Positions 51,801 to 64,000 of a stretch of DNA of 64,000 nucleotides are shown piece after piece (the stretch's first letter is position 1; the number at the start of each line of letters is the position of its first letter). Below the pieces are notes generated by a model. That model had not been told where the DNA came from and ran no database searches. It saw nothing but the letters and a program-made list of their open reading frames with translations. Where the stretch lies: NCBI RefSeq assembly GCF_000143415.4, contig NW_003314269.1:272401-336400 (forward strand), given 5' to 3'. The translations under genes and the position numbers were made by a program. This DNA comes from Selaginella moellendorffii (Eukaryota > Plantae > Lycopodiophyta).

Positions 51801-54230
51801 CTCCCCCACACTATTTGGCTTGTTCATTGATGGGCTTGAAGTAGTGCTAGCAAGTCAAGCATCTTCCCCAACTTGCAAGGATGATCCTTCATATACTTTT
51901 ATATGCCAATGATCTTCTACTTTTGGCCATTAGCCAAAGAGATTTATAATGTCAGTTTGACGCCTTAGTTGCATTCTGCGATGAAACTGGGCTCACAGTA
52001 ATATGGCAAAAACGAAGGTGATCGTATTTGGGCTGTGTGTGCTCACATATAAAGGGGAGCCAGTAGAACACATGATAGCATACAAATACCTTGGCTAGTA
52101 GACCACAAGTCCCCATGGAAGACCAGAGTTGAGTAGAGAATAACAGCAGTCTCACAAACATGTGTGATGCTCCAATCTGACTTGAGCAAAGGTCCACAGG
52201 TGGGGGGTAAAGCAAACATACTGTATAGTGTTGAATGTTGGGGCCTTAGCCTTAGCACCCCAAGTGAGACAAACTAGAACCCTTCTTAGCTGCAAAATTT
52301 GGTGCGTACAGGACAACAGACCCAATTCTCATTCTTGAATCTAGTCTTCTCCCTTTAGAGATCCTAGCATGGTGATGCTGCATCATATATGTTAAAAGTG
52401 CTTACTTCCTCTACCGCTAAACGCTAGCAGATGCAACAATACAAGAATGGCCAAGACTCTAGGGAAAGGGTAGTGAAGTAAGCTGAAGACATGGATAAAA
52501 GCTCGGGACGATCTTGAAACACTACACACTAAACTGATAGACCAATTAGAGTTCTAGATGTGGCAAACCTTGCAGCAATGGTGTTCCTTGCGAACCATAC
52601 ACAACAGCATATTTGACATTTACGTTGAGACAGTCAACCCCTGGAGTCAATTTGGATCCAAGGCATATGATGATCTCACACCATGGAACCAAAGTCTACT
52701 TGCTAGCTACAGAATGGGACGTCACAGACTTATAGTGGAGCTAGGCCAACAGCTGAGACCACAAATCCCATGTGAGAGGAGATTCTGCTAAACCTGCTTT
52801 GAGCAAGTTCAGGATGTCGAACACATGACCAATGACTGTGCCACGTATGCTAAGCTCTGACATGGGGCTGATCTCCATATCATCCTTGGAGGCAAACAGT
52901 GGGCGACCAACTCTGGGAGATGGAGCTCAGCTGAGGGGGACGAGGAAATGCTAGCACTTCGGTGCTCATATTAAAAACATGGCCATGCCAACTGAAGCAC
53001 ATGGACAAAGGTCAGCCACAACCACAAAAACGGCCACAATGGACGAGATGGATGACATAGACGCCAACAAGAGTGGATGACAAACAACTACGTCAATTGT
53101 CACTGCGGCATATTTGAATCCATCAGTCTCATGTGCTGTGAGACCTTGTAAACATGAATGAATGAATATTTGTGACTTCTCTCCCAGTTGGTGTAAATCC
53201 CACACAACATCTTTCTATGGAGCAAGGGATGGAATCAATGTACGTGACTTAATGTAATAAAATAAGATACTGAACATTTGAGCTGGAAGAGCAAGTTAGT
53301 TCCATCGATGTACCCTAGGCCACAAGCCCCCAACTTGATCCAACTTTGCCTTGGCAATAAGGTCCACTATGCATGTGGCTTGGTGGGCTTTAACGCGAAG
53401 TCCACATAAAGCAATTTTGAACAAAGGCCGGCAGGTGGAAATTAGTCATATAAGGTTAAAGTGTATATGCAAAATTGCAAACCAAGAAAGGAGACATGTG
53501 ATTGTCAACTTTGCCATGCTCTTGTGGCTTTTTCTCACTAGTCACTGGACTTTTTTGTTCCACTTTATAGACAATTTATCTTTTTTTAAATTACAGCCTA
53601 TGACTGCGCTCCAAGTTGGGAATTTTAAAACCTCCCTGATGGCCCAATTTCTTGCCTAGAATCCACTCTCCTTCTTCCTCATTGCACAGCACTACAAATC
53701 AAGCAATGCTAATGCCACATGGCAGGGTTCTTTCGTAGATGAAGTCCCTGAGAATGAAGGTGTAGGAGCCACGTGCCTCTGTTTATAGCCTCCCAAGTGC
53801 TGCTCTCTTGGTGGCCTCCACTGCCAAATCCGCTGATCCAGTTAAAGCGCTTGATGTCCTGCAAGTGAGCCCTAAAATACACGTATTGTTACTGAAACCA
53901 TGACTACCAGCCATGATTTTTCCCACAACCATGGATACTGAACCAAGAGGTGGATTTCTTCCTGGTTTATACCAACGATCAAATTCCCACAATATAAAAG
54001 GTGCTGGCCCCGAACCATCAATCCTCCGCCCACGTGTCGACCTCTGTGGCTGCAAAAAGGCCAAGAGGAGCTTGGCGATGGCCAGGTTTCTTCTTCTTCA
54101 TCTCTTCAGCGCCGCGGAGGATTGGCGTCTACTACCATGTCAATAATTTCTCGAGGTTTGCTACCCTGTTTTTTGACCTAAAAAGTTTTGGGCTCACTTT
54201 ATTAGGGTTTGTAGCTGAGCTGCGGGAGCT

Positions 54231-55127
54231 ATGGACTCGCGCGAGGACATGGAGCGCCTCATTTTCTTCGAGGCGACGAGGGAGAAAGCCGCTGCCAATT
54301 ACGCGCGCTGCCCGGAGGATGCCGATGTGAGTAGCGAAGTTCTTCCCTTCCCCACTCGTTCATCCTTTCGTTTTCTTCTGTCCAGAATCTGACGCAATGG
54401 GGCGGGGCTTTGCTGGAGCTAGCGCATTTCCGGCAAGGGCAGGATCAGCTAAACATGATCGAAGGTATGGATCGCTGTTGGAATCCGTGCTTGTTTCCAC
54501 TTACACTTTGCTTTTAGAATCCGAGTCCAAGCTCCGGGAGGCCCTCGCGATCAATCCCAAAAAGCACGAGACGCTTTGGTGCCTGGGAAACTCGCACACC
54601 GCCCACGGTTTCTTGCTCCCAGACAGTGGCAAGGCCAACGAGTACTTCAAGAAAGCCAGCGATTGCTTCAAGAAAGCCTTGGACGAGGTAAAGAAGAAAA
54701 AGAAATCCGTGTTTTTCGAGTTCTAGAGCGTGTCCTTGCAGGAGCCGAAGAGTGAGCTCTACATGAAATCGCTGGAAATGTCTGCAAAGGTTTGTCTAAC
54801 TCGAAGCTCCGCGGACTTACTTCTTTTCCTTTGCTTGCCAGGCACCAAATGTTTATGTGGAGCTTCAAAGACAGGTCCTGAGCCAGCAGCTCGGAATCGG
54901 TGGAAGCGGCAGTGGCGGCGGCGCCAATCTCTCGGCAAAGGTGATCTTCGAGATAGTTTCGAGATAGCTTCTCCTGACAAAGTTCGTCTTTTCTTCCACT
55001 TCTCCAGGGAAGGAAGAAGAAGCAAAACAATGACTTCAAGTATGACGTTCTCGGCTGGGCTGTGCTCGTCTTGGGTGTCGTCGCATGGCTCGGGATGGCA
55101 AAGATCGCACCACCGCGCGCCCTGTAG
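54231..55127 (+). CDS. TOM20: Plant mitochondrial import receptor TOM20, 6 exons
   Basis: [14 protein letters not shown]|[58 protein letters not shown]-terminal TM. Confidence 0.95.
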
Positions 55128-55246
55128 TAAGCAAAACCTCTCAAACCGAGCTCACGGCGACACTCTCTAGCTAGTTTCTGGCATCTAATGTTTCTACGCA
55201 TAGGAAGAAGGAAAAATCCGATTGTTTTCGTTTGGGTTTAGCAGCA

Positions 55247-55827
55247 TTAGTCGTGAATAATTCCGACAATGTCCTCGTCCCTGAAGAGGTACAAACTGGA
55301 AAAATCGAGAAAGAAAGCGTTAGAGAAACGTAGAATGGAAATGGAAGCTTACTTCTCATCGTTCACTCTATGTCCGCCATGCTCTCCGATTAAAACAGTG
55401 TCCCCAACCTTGACGAACACCGGGATGAGTTTCCCACCTTCGGTCACCTCTCCGGGGCCAACAGCGACCACTTTGGCCATTGTTACCTGCGAGAGAATCG
55501 AAAACTTAGATCAAGGAAAACTCCCAAGTAGATCAAGGATGAGAAACTATGCAAGAAACTATGGAGTTGAGAAGGACGAAGAAAAATGATCTAGGAAACA
55601 ATGAGAACTCCCCAGTAGATCAAGGATGAGAAACTATGGAAGAAACTAGTCGAGAAGAAGAACGATCAAGGAAAGGAAAAGCTTACCTCGTTCTCGGAGT
55701 AGTGTGATGTGGGCAGTATGATTCCGGCCTTGGTTTTCTCGGCGTGGCTCTCGATCTTACTGAGGAGGACCCTGGACATCAAGGGAAGGATTTTCTTATT
55801 CGCGGGAGCGATCACCTTCATCGCCAT
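55247..55827 (-). CDS. CPN10: 10 kDa chaperonin (GroES-like), 3 exons
   Basis: ILPLMSRVLL..KTKAGIILP|AKVVAVGPG..IPVFVKVGDTVLIGEHGG|LYLFRDEDIVGIIHD*. Confidence 0.92.
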
Positions 55828-55854
55828 TGCGCTTCGCGGCGTCCTCTAAAGCCC

Positions 55855-55862
55855 TAGGGTTT
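55855..55862 (-). promoter_or_regulatory. Telo-box (AAACCCTA) in the 74 bp CPN10/ALDH7 divergent gap
   Basis: TAGGGTTT on plus; the same motif lies at 54203-54210 before TOM20 and 58274-58281 before FAO. Confidence 0.6.
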
Positions 55863-55901
55863 ATAGCACCAGCACGCAATCGGCATTAAAACACTTATCT
55901 C

Positions 55902-58225
55902 ATGGATTTTGGATCGCGCCCGGAGCTCCGGTTTCTCGAGGATCTCGGCCTCCAGGCGACGAATCAAGGCTGCTATGGCGGCGGCGAGTGGCGCGCGGGT
56001 GGGAAATCGGTGTCCAGCCTCAGTCCTGCGAGCAATCAGGTTAGAACTATCGGTTTTTTCTCGCATTGGATCGATGTTTTGGGGGATTTCTAGCCGATCG
56101 CGACCGTCATTGAAGGATCGCTGGAGGATTATGAGAGAAGCCTCAAGGCCTGTGAATCTGCTCGCGAGAGCTGGATGCTGGTATGCTTCTCTGGTTTTTT
56201 GTTTTCTCCGATACTTATCCAAAGTTTTATTGTTCGCCAGACCCCTGCTCCAAAGAGAGGAGAGATTGTGAGGCAGATTGGCGATGCGTTCCGGAAGAAC
56301 CTGGAGAACCTGGGGCGCTTGATTTCGCTTGAGATGGGGAAAATTCTCGTGGAGGGAATTGGAGAGGTCCAGGTAGTACGACATTCTCTTCTTAAAAGAT
56401 TTGCTGGTACTTTTGTTGATGCTCTTCGTCTTTCAGGAAGTGATAGATATGTGTGACTTTGCGGTGGGACTGAGCCGTCAGCTAAGTGGCTTGATTCTAC
56501 CATCCGAACGTAAGTCTATCGATTTAAAAGGCGTTTGGCTACTAATGTTTAGTTCTTATTCTCTACAGGACCAAACCATATGATGATGGAGGTTTGTTTA
56601 TCGTGATCTGCACTTTTGGCCGCGATTTCAGTGATTTTTCTTTGTCCAGGTTTGGAATCCTCTTGGTATTGTTGGAGTCATCACTGCTTTTAATTTTCCC
56701 TGCGCTGTTCTTGGTACGATGAATGAGTTTTCTTCTTTGTTAAACTTTTATTTGTTGTGCCTTTGTTCTCAGGTTGGAATGCTTGCATTGCCTTGGTCTG
56801 TGGCAACTGCGTTGTATGGTAAGTTGTTTTTTGCTTTCTTCGCTTAACACCTGGATTTAACTTGCTCTTTCTCTCTCTGTTGTTTTCTCTCAAGGAAAGG
56901 AGCTCCAACAACACCTCTCGTATCGATCGCAACGACGAAAATCATAGCTGGGGTGCTAGAGCGGAACGGTTTGCCCGGAGCGATCTTCACATGTATATGT
57001 GGAGGGGCCGAAATTGGAGAAGCGGTTGCAAAAGACAGCCGGATACCTTTGGTTTCATTCACGGGGAGCAGCAAGGTTGGTGCCAAATCTTGCGATTTCT
57101 CTAGGTGATTGCTTACCTCGTGAAAAAATCTCCACTGACAGGTTGGTCAGATCGTCCAGTGTCACGTGAACTCCAGATTCGGCAAATGTCTTTTGGAACT
57201 GAGTGGCAACAACGCAATCGTCGTGATGGATGACGCGGATCTATCTCTCGCTGTTCGGTCAGTCTTGTTTGCTGCCGTCGGCACGGCAGGACAAAGATGC
57301 ACGACTTGTCGTCGCTTGGTTCGAGCGTTTATTTCTTCCCCCCTTTTTTTTTCTTTATCCTCCTAACATTCAAGTCGTGTGTTTGTCTCAGTTTGTGCAT
57401 CAAGCAATTTACAAAGACTTTATCGAAAAGCTAGTCACGGCATATGGACAGCTCAAAGTTGGAGACCCGTTAAAGCACGACACTCTTGTTGGACCGCTGC
57501 ATTCTTCTCAGTCCAAGCAAGCTTTCGAGCAGGGATTAGAAGCAATCGCATCGCAGGTACTTTGTTGTTTTTTTCTTAAAGTTTGCTAAGATCGTTTACA
57601 GGGTGGGAAATTCTTAACCGGTGGGGTGGGTACCACAACGTCACCTGGAGAAAACTACGTGACTCCCAGCATTGTGGAGATCTCTCACGATGCAGACGTC
57701 GTGAAAGAAGAGCTATTTGGTCCGCTACTCTACGTCTTCCAGTTTAAGGTACCAATCTCTCCATCGTTAAGCACAGTGTGTTTCCAAAAACTTCCAGACT
57801 CTGGACGAGGCAATCGCCATGAACAATTCGGTCCCCCAAGGCCTCAGCAGCTCGATCTTCACCAAGAGCCACGAGACAATCTTCAAGTGGATCGGGTAAC
57901 ACGATTGAAAGTTTCTCGTCTCTTCTGAAACTTCTAGATCAATGCTGTCCAGGCCAACAGGAAGCGATTGTGGGATCGTTAACGTAAACATTCCCACAAA
58001 CGGCGCTGAGATTGGCGGTGCTTTTGGCGGTGAGAAGGCTACTGGCGGCGGTCGCGAAGCAGGAAGCGATTCATGGAAGCAGTACATGCACAGAGCGACA
58101 TGGTGAGAAAGTTCTCTCGCAAAACTTTGGATGATGTCGTGATCTCATTCCATTTTTTGCTTGTTTCCAGCACTATCAACTATGGGAAAACTCTACCTCT
58201 GGCTCAAGGCATAAATTTTAATTAA
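55902..58225 (+). CDS. ALDH7B4: Aldehyde dehydrogenase family 7 (antiquitin)
   Basis: [94 protein letters not shown]. Confidence 0.96.
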
Positions 58226-58293
58226 AGTGATAAGATGGAGCTCCAAACTATATATGTGACTCACGATGTGTTTAAACCCTATATTGTTTTGCC

Positions 58294-60756
58294 ATGCATC
58301 CGGATCTTCAAGGCGGGCAAGCTCCATTCGCGCACAGCTTGGATCCGCCGCAGCTGGAGGCCGTGGCCGCGATCTGCGACACCTTCCTCCCGGCGCTGCC
58401 ATTGCGAGCTTTGGAATGCGAGGAGGAGGCGCAGCGAGCGTTCTTTGCGACATCGGCGTCCGATGCGGGGATTCCAGCGGTGGTAAGAGCGATATTTCGC
58501 TGCCGCGGGCACGAATTCACGGATTTCTTGCGTTTTGGGAGCAGGTCGCGGGTTGGATCTTCGAGTGCCTCGATTCCGCGCAGCAGGCCGGGGTCTTGCG
58601 AGTCTTGTCGCTACTTTCCTCGCGGATTGGAACGCTCATTCTTTGCGGGAGGCACGCATTCTCTGCCGAATTTCCATTTCTTCACCGATTCGCGCGATTG
58701 CCAGCGAGCAATCGGGAGCGAACTCTGCGGAGCTGGTCCGGGGGTTCTATCGCGCAGTTTCATTCTCTCTACAAGCTCTTCAAGTGCTTCGCTATGTTCG
58801 CGTTCTTCACAAAGGTAAGCATGGAATTCTTTTGTGGATCGCGGGGATTGTCTGTCCTCTCAGTTTGGGGTCCATCCTCGTGTCCCACTGGGTAGCCTCT
58901 ACAGATCTGACAGAGTTTCCAGAAGCTCCTTTCTTTTTTTCTTTAGAAATCTGATACACAGTTTCCTGCAGGCTGATGCCAGAGGACGTAATGACTCTTG
59001 GAAGGCGATTGGGTATCCCGTCCCCGATCCTCTCTGGAACGGCCTTAAAGACGATGACGATGCGAAGGTGACCGACGACAATGAAGAGCCGCGGCCTCCA
59101 CTGCGGGTCTTCGACGTGCACCAAAATTCGGCGGCCGAGCTCGTTGACTACCTGTCGTCATCGAAGTTTCGAGTTTCAGAAGAAGTTCGTGATGGCGGCG
59201 ATGGTGGCAGTGGACAAGCGATGCTAGCTATAGACTGCGACGTGGTCGTGATTGGATCTGGCTGCGGCGGAGGCGTATGTGCCGGGGTTCTTTCTCAAAA
59301 GGGATACAAGGTGGTCGTGATCGAGAAAGGCAAGTACTACGTCGGCGACCAGCTTTCCCTGTTGGAAGGACCGTCAATGCGAGCAATGTACGAAGGTGGC
59401 GGTCTCCTTACCACTGCGGATGGCGGCATCAACCTCATGGCCGGATCGACAGTGGGTGGAGGCACCGTCATGAACTGGGCCGCCTCGTTGCGGACTCCGC
59501 AGGCTGTCCGAGAGGAGTGGTCATCAGTGCACGGGCTAAAGCTCTTCACGTCGGAGGAATACGAGGCCGCAATGGACAAAGTTTGTGAAAGACTCGGGGT
59601 TGAGACTCTAGGCAACGAAGAAGAGCACGAGAGCTTCCAGAACAAAGTGCTGAGAAGCGGCTGCAAGAAGATTGGACTCGACGTGGAGACCATTCCCACC
59701 AATTGCAGAGGCCGAAGGCACAAGTGTGGGCTGTGTGGATTCGGATGCAAGAGCAGGACTAAGCAGGGGACTCATGAGACTTGGCTCATGGACGCTGTGG
59801 ATGCCGGTGCCGTGATCTTGTGTGGTTGCAACGCCGAGAGGATTCTTCTTGAGCCAGGGGAGCTGCGCTCTGCAAAGCAGTGGAAGGCTGGAGGAGTTAT
59901 AGCAACTGGCGGTGGAAAAAGCCTCTTCATCAGAGCCAAGGCTACAGTGACTTCGTGCGGTGCTTTAAACACGCCGGTTCTGCTACAAAAGAGTGGACTG
60001 GTAAATCGTCATATCGGCTCCAATCTCCACCTCCATCCAAGTCAACTTCTCTGGGGCTACGTTCCTTCGGGAGAGGGTCTCCCAGCAGGTCGAATTTCGG
60101 ACGGGCCGATCATGTCTGCGGTCTCTAGAATCGCTGACGCTGTTCTTGAGGTACCGGCTTTCTACCCAGGCGGCCTCGGCGTCATGTTCCCTTGGCGATC
60201 GGGACTGAGCTTCAAGGAGCAAATGCTGCGCTACTCCCGCCTTGCGCACGTAGTCGTCATCACCAGGGACCGAGGAAGCGGGACTGTCCGTCCGAGCTCG
60301 AGCTCGAGCTCCCAGCTCCCGAAGGTGACGTACACGATAAGTGCGGAGGACGAGAAAACTCTCAAGGCCGGGGCGGAGAAGGCCATCAGGGTGCTGATTG
60401 CCGCTGGAGCAGTGGAGGTCGGGACCCAGCACCCGGATGGCGATAGCTTGGTCGTGGAGGGCTCGGACGAGAAGGCGCTGGAGAAGTTCTTGAGGGTCAT
60501 CGGCTCCAAGCAGCTGACGCACGCGGCAATGGCGACCGCGAGCGCTCACCAGATGGGGTCGTGCCGGATGGGGAATGACCCGGCGAGCTCCGCTGTGGAT
60601 CCCCGAGGGGAAGCGTGGGAATCCACGGGATTGTTTGTGGCGGATACGAGCGTGTTCCCCACGGCGCTGGGAGTGAACCCGATGGTTACCGCGCAGTCAG
60701 TCGCCCTGTGCATCGCCAAATCGGTCCATCGTTTCCTCGAGGAAGAAAGGTTGTAG
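58294..60756 (+). CDS. FAO: Long-chain fatty alcohol oxidase (GMC oxidoreductase), 3 exons
   Basis: LEAVAAICDTFLP, SWKAIGYP, DVVVIGSGCGGGV, AGSTVGGGTVMNW, CGLCGFGC, NLHLHP, SAHQMGSCRMG, FPTALGVNPMVT. Confidence 0.94.
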
Positions 60757-62657
60757 AAGTTTCTTTGTTTCTTGGCTCAAGCCGACGACTTCGCTTGTTT
60801 TATTGTACGCCACGTGGATTAGAGCGACTAGGCAAAACGCTGCCATCGCCAACAAACAGAAAATAGCGGACATTCCCCTTGGGAAGACAGCATTCATCTT
60901 CCAACGCAGGACGAACCTCACCAAGGCCAAAAGATCTTCTTTCTTATATCACCAGTTTCAAGGTTTAGAACAAACGCCATGCCATATCTGCCAGTTCAGT
61001 CGAGGAGCCCAAGGGAGCATTGGCACTGCGACTTTGTGAGTACATAAATGAGCTGCTTGCCATTGTTGAGTCTGCACATCCCTAACACCCTTACTCATAA
61101 CTGTTATTACTATGACATGTATACTTATCTATTTCTGGGAGTTTCTTTAACAGAAACATAAATCAATTTTAAGTGAAAGATATGATTAGTATTTTATAAT
61201 ATTTCAATTACAAACACAACAAAGAGGTATTCTTAAAGCACAGCACCAGGTTGGACTACAATCATTAGGTTCTTTCATAATTGATTTTGTTAAGACTGCT
61301 TGTGTTACCACCTCTGTCTTTGCTTGTTGTCCCATGGGTGGAATAGGTACCGAGATCAATGCATCTGAAATTAATATTTTGAAATTTAAAAATAAAAATT
61401 ATTTTTTCAACATACCAGTTAATATTGCTAAAATAAGAATTATCTTAACAATAAAAAAATGATAAATTTTCATAATTTAAAGTGACATTAACTGATTAGA
61501 AAGTGTAGCTTTATATATGTTTTTGATATCTCCTTTCTTGCTAAAAAATAAATATAAAACTTCAATTAGATCTTGGCATATTCTTCATTTTTTATATCAC
61601 CATCATTTTAAAATACATATTTTCTTAAAACCTTTATATACAATCTAAGTGATATAATATTATTCCATGTGGAAATTTATTCTTTAGAATTTTAGAATCA
61701 TTGGCTTTTAATAGCGAATAGTATTTTTATTTTTACCTAGCTTATCAGCTAATGACAAGTTTAAATTACAACCAAGTCATGGTTTGTCATAAATAGTAAA
61801 TAAACAACATATCATTTATATTGTTTTTAACATACTACCAAATGAGCATCTTGAAACATATTCATAGTTAGAATCACTATAATAATTTTACAATTCTTCT
61901 CTATCTAGGATCAATTTTAATGTAAATATTGCTAAAATTTAATAAAGGCCATGGGAATTATCTTGAGCTGGTTGATAAAATAAATAGAACTAAAATCACT
62001 ATGATTGTAGCTATATTATGTGTTTTTGATTGTGAACTCACATGCTATTCATAACTTTTTGCTGCATATCTATGCCACATTATAGTCTATATGAACCTTG
62101 AAATACTATATTAGCAAGAGCAATCTGGATCTAAAATAAATTACTTAAATAACTTTCAGATGTCCAAGATTTGGGAAACGTTTTGCTATAGACAACTAGT
62201 AACAATAAAATAATTGTAAGACTTCTTAGAATTAAAAAAAAAAAATCACATTGAAAGAGTTACCTACTTTTTAATATTGTTACATCCCTGATAGAAAAAG
62301 GTATTATAAATATCAATTTATAACTATTTAAAATTTTATAAATATCTATATAATAGTTTCATAATGAGTAATTCATAAAAATAATAGAATTTCTTATATA
62401 AGTCTTAACAATCAAAACCATAAACAAATTCTTTTAAAAGTAAATTTTCTGCATATCCTATATAAAATTTTAATGTAAGTTTTATTGTTAATATCATCAA
62501 TTATTTTAGAAAAAAATAATTTAATATAAGAATAGTTTATTGTTGAGAAAAATAAAATGTAAAACTAGTTCACTCTAATAATAAGATAATTTAACAAAAG
62601 AAACAAAATTAATTTAAAGTTTTCTATATGCTAAAATATATACTTAGTTTTAGGTAT

Positions 62658-63110
62658 TGTAAGTGTATTGAATATGGAAAGAGAATACAGAAAATATGCA
62701 TCCCAATTAGCCCAAAAACCCTAGATTATTTATAAAAGTAAGTGGTCCAAATTAAAACCAATCCAATAGCTACGAAAATCCCACTATAGTAATATTAATA
62801 TATAGCATCATGACCTCACATCATCCCCTCCTCTTGAAATGATGGAAGACCATTAGGGTTCTCTCATGGATGGGCCGGGATCTGGAAGAACATCAAAATA
62901 GGGCATTAGTGGATTTGTAAGTGGTATTAGTTGTTCTTGATCCTTTTGTACAAAACATTTTAACTGTTGCACATGCATAATTTCTAGAGGATTGGCTTGT
63001 TAGATATCATGTTGAACTTCATAAATTTGTAGTCCAATTTACTGCAAAACCCAATATGGTCTTTTCCACTGAGTAAAGAGCCTCTTAGATAAACCATGTA
63101 CTGTAAGATG
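62658..63110 (-). mobile_element. Intermediate-age family A fragment (3' LTR 62658-62820, PPT, integrase end)
   Basis: Colinear with 23618-24081. Confidence 0.9.
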
Positions 63111-64000
63111 CCCCGGGCTTATGGTGAACAACTTAAAGGTCTGGAAAACTTAGTACTTATTGACAAACTTGTTATGCCAATAAGTACTATCCACGGCCCA
63201 ACTTTGTGATCCTTTTATGGGTCTTTTATAGAGACTACTTTCTTCAAACTCACTATGTCATCGCATTGATATAGTTCATTTCCCTTAGGTGTTCTTCCCC
63301 CTTGGTCACCTTGACCAAGCCACACCATCATCAATAATTCAAATCAACACTTTGAACTAGGAACCTTATTCTTTAACCCCACAAGGACTTTGTCCTTGTT
63401 TTAGCCATAAGATCACCTAGTGATTTAACTTTGGCACATTGACAGGTTTGCCAATAAATACTAAGTCTTCTAGACTTTTAAGTTGTTCACCATGACCCCA
63501 AGGCATCCCCCACACTTGGCAATACACTCAAGCTAGCCCTTCCAGCTAAAGGTCCATAATGATTGAGATTGGGTGTCCCCATCTCATTCACCACGTCCTT
63601 GGTGCCACTTGCATTAAAGTGTTCAAGTTAGATATGCCGAGCTTTCACACTAAGCAATTTAATTGTGTATCATAACTTTGGGGCATCCCCCGTTTGGTAG
63701 TGTGCTCAAGCTAATCTCCTTACTGAGAGTCCATGACCATTGAAAAATAAGTGTCCTCATATTCCAACCCTTCACCACATTCTAGTGAGTTAGGACTCGA
63801 ACCCAAGCACTAGAGGGTTGGGACTTGAACCCAACCTTCATATGTGCATCTACCAACGGCATCACATAAGATGCCTGGTGTGACTCCCCACGCCGGTGCA
63901 CAAATTTATACTTAAAGCATGCTACAAATCACAGTTTAGGAACTTAGATCCTCTACACTGCCAAGTCCTTTTACTTGACAAGTCTGTGATCATGCATGGA
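63111..64000. mobile_element. Family C repeat abutting or inserted in the family A fragment; continues out of window
   Basis: Abrupt loss of family A similarity at ~63110; reverse-complement similarity to ~31230-31480. Confidence 0.6.

Larger units (their letters stand above)
34740..52860 (+). mobile_element. Degenerate LINE ORF2 (endonuclease, RT, C-terminal Cys/His), split by the chromovirus
   Basis: SNHHL (SDH-like) at ~34980; after 50867 IYKVGD, GFRPHYSCTDHL, YVDIVKAFDRVS, GCPLSPTLF, LYANDL, RMGRHRLIVE..CERRFC. Confidence 0.8.

Noticed and set aside
53300-54146. Short ORFs upstream of TOM20
   Set aside because: No recognisable motif or coherent splice model; left unannotated
55519-55648. 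~40 bp direct repeat in CPN10 intron 1
   Set aside because: Local intronic duplication with no element hallmarks
58834-58971. N-terminus of the 640 aa FAO ORF
   Set aside because: Intron read-through; true upstream exons start at 58294

Overview
Plant nuclear DNA from a very compact genome. Short (~50-70 nt) introns, tiny intergenic gaps and an APR-B-type sulfate reductase suggest the lycophyte Selaginella, but this is inference. GC-balanced gene islands alternate with AT-rich transposon graveyards. Island 1 (1-4.8 kb): RHD3 and APR-B. Island 2 (9.5-21.9 kb): PIG-Q/GPI1, BABAM1-like, intron-containing tRNA-Tyr, zf-DNL, a DprA/SLOG-like plastid protein, theta GST, an intronless orphan, a SABATH methyltransferase, an unknown protein and PYM. 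Island 3 (54.2-60.8 kb): TOM20, CPN10, ALDH7 and a long-chain alcohol oxidase. The 22-53 kb block holds a ~540 bp TA microsatellite and a young 4.7 kb Ty3/gypsy element with 174 bp LTRs, a tRNA-Ala-like PBS and a -1 frameshift site followed by a predicted H-type pseudoknot. It also holds a nested stack: a LINE, interrupted by a chromovirus, interrupted by a 12.5 kb gypsy element whose interior is inverted. Two older copies of the young gypsy family show strong C>T/G>A decay. There are two 100-N gaps. All gene models were spliced by eye and no searches were run.
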